From Bacillota bacterium (GTDB taxonomy: Bacteria > Bacillota > Clostridia > Christensenellales > Borkfalkiaceae): DNA of 64,000 nt. Below are positions 63,157 through 64,000 of the stretch, piece by piece. The stretch is from contig JAHZBZ010000006.1 in assembly GCA_019423125.1 (NCBI GenBank), forward strand, positions 42,404-106,403, in the 5' to 3' direction. The notes under the pieces are model-generated. The model made no database searches and was not told the origin of the DNA. It saw only the letters and a list, made by a program, of their open reading frames with translations. The position numbers and the translations under genes were made by a program. Position 1 is the first letter of the stretch. Every line of letters starts with the position of its first letter.

Positions 63157-64000
63157 GACAGTTCACGCGTTGTGTTCACGAATTTTCTTTTGAGCTGACA
63201 AAAGAAAATTCCGTGAGTTTGAGGAAAACCCCTGCGTTCGCCGCATTTTGGCGGCTCTGCGCACGGAAAACAAACTTCGCGCGTTTCTCGTAAAAGAGAT
63301 ACTGCGAAACGCTTGATTTTTAGGGGACAACCGCCGCGCGCCTGCGGCTGACGGCGTTTTTCCCCTCTGCGAAAATGTTTAAGGGCTCCCTTATTATCAT
63401 AATTTTCGCATTCACCTCTTTCGGTGCGCCGCCCCGCGGCGTGTCGGGAAAAAGTCAAAAGTGTGATTTTGACTTTTTCGAAAACAGTTCACGCGTTTCT
63501 CGGCGAGCTGACGCCTGCGAAACGCCGTGAGTTTGAGGGGAAACCCGAACGGTTTTCCCCTCTGTCCGCGATATAATAAGGGCACGCCATATAAAATCGC
63601 GGACATTCACCCCATCCGTGCGCCGCTTTTGCGGCGTATCGGGAAAAAGTCAAAAGTGTGATTTTGACTTTTTCGTTCTTTTAATAAAAACCTGCAAAAA
63701 CGGAAATCGCAATTTTCGTTTTTGCACTCAATTTGCGCGTATGCGCCTCAGCGGGTGAATGCGCGCGATTCTGACAAGGGTGTGCCCTTATTTTATCGCG
63801 CGCAGAGGGCAGGGCCCTCTTCCTCACGAAATTTTCTTTTGTCAGCTCAAAAGAAAATTTGTGAACTTATCGCCGCAGAGAGAAAACAGGCGGTCAGCCC
63901 GCAGAGCGGGCGTGCCCGCGGGTTTTCTCTAAAACTCAAGCGAATCGCAGCATCTCTTTTGCGAGATTCGCGCGAAGCTTCTATTTTATTCTGCGCGAGG
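63157..64000. repeat. ORF-free mosaic of direct and inverted repeat modules with long A/T-stem palindromes
   Basis: Direct copies start at about 63158 and about 63483 (ACAGTTCACGCGTT...GTGAGTTTGAGG...). An inverted copy lies at about 63740-64000. Identical 13-bp-stem palindromes lie at 63448-63479 and 63643-63674. A palindrome at 63177-63215 recurs at 63825-63863. Confidence 0.75.

Noticed and set aside
63158-63180. parS-like half sites (GTTCACG repeated in GTTCACGCGTTGTGTTCACG) near the dnaA region
   Set aside because: There are only partial matches to one half of TGTTTCACGTGAAACA. No palindromic full site exists, and the motif is part of the larger repeat modules.

Overview
This is a high-GC (about 63-66% in coding DNA) chromosomal segment from an endospore-forming, Clostridia-like Firmicute. 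Sporulation and germination genes are scattered through it: spmA/spmB, spoIVFA-like/spoIVFB, spoIIE and a gerA-gerB-gerC operon. I support about 57 CDSs, mostly housekeeping.

Gene content, in window order:
- addA (3' part)
- A corrinoid protein / RACo-like activator / MFS module
- queH and iscR-iscS-iscU
- rsmA, a TatD-associated radical SAM gene, tatD and metG
- metF-metH
- An AgrA/AgrC-like LytTR two-component system
- A 7.6-kb operon of surface-anchored glycan-binding and hydrolytic proteins, including a domain-permuted GH3
- rng
- A glmU(C-terminal domain only)-glmM-glmS operon
- rplU-rpmA
- A four-subunit 2-oxoacid:ferredoxin oxidoreductase
- mnmG, dnaA, recF, a VanW-domain protein and asnS

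No rRNA, tRNA, CRISPR array, transposase, integrase or recognisable defence gene was seen.

The unexplained signal is noncoding:
1. A ~0.53-kb ORF-free, GC-depressed locus at 47884-48447 (minus strand). It has a perfect TTGACA-16-TATAAT promoter and an intrinsic terminator. I read it as a candidate large structured ncRNA that I cannot assign to RNase P, tmRNA or SRP.
2. A 1.1-kb ORF-free island at 17508-18612. It contains a ~25% GC tract, a near-consensus promoter and three different tandem-repeat families (103 bp x2.65, ~61 bp x6, ~18.5 bp x9).
3. Further tandem or mosaic intergenic repeats at 6770-6935, 13330-13858 and 63157-64000. These share sequence modules.

Many very long ORFs in the supplied track are antisense or alternate-frame shadows typical of high-GC DNA and are not reported as genes. 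All family assignments come from motif recognition by eye; no database search was run.
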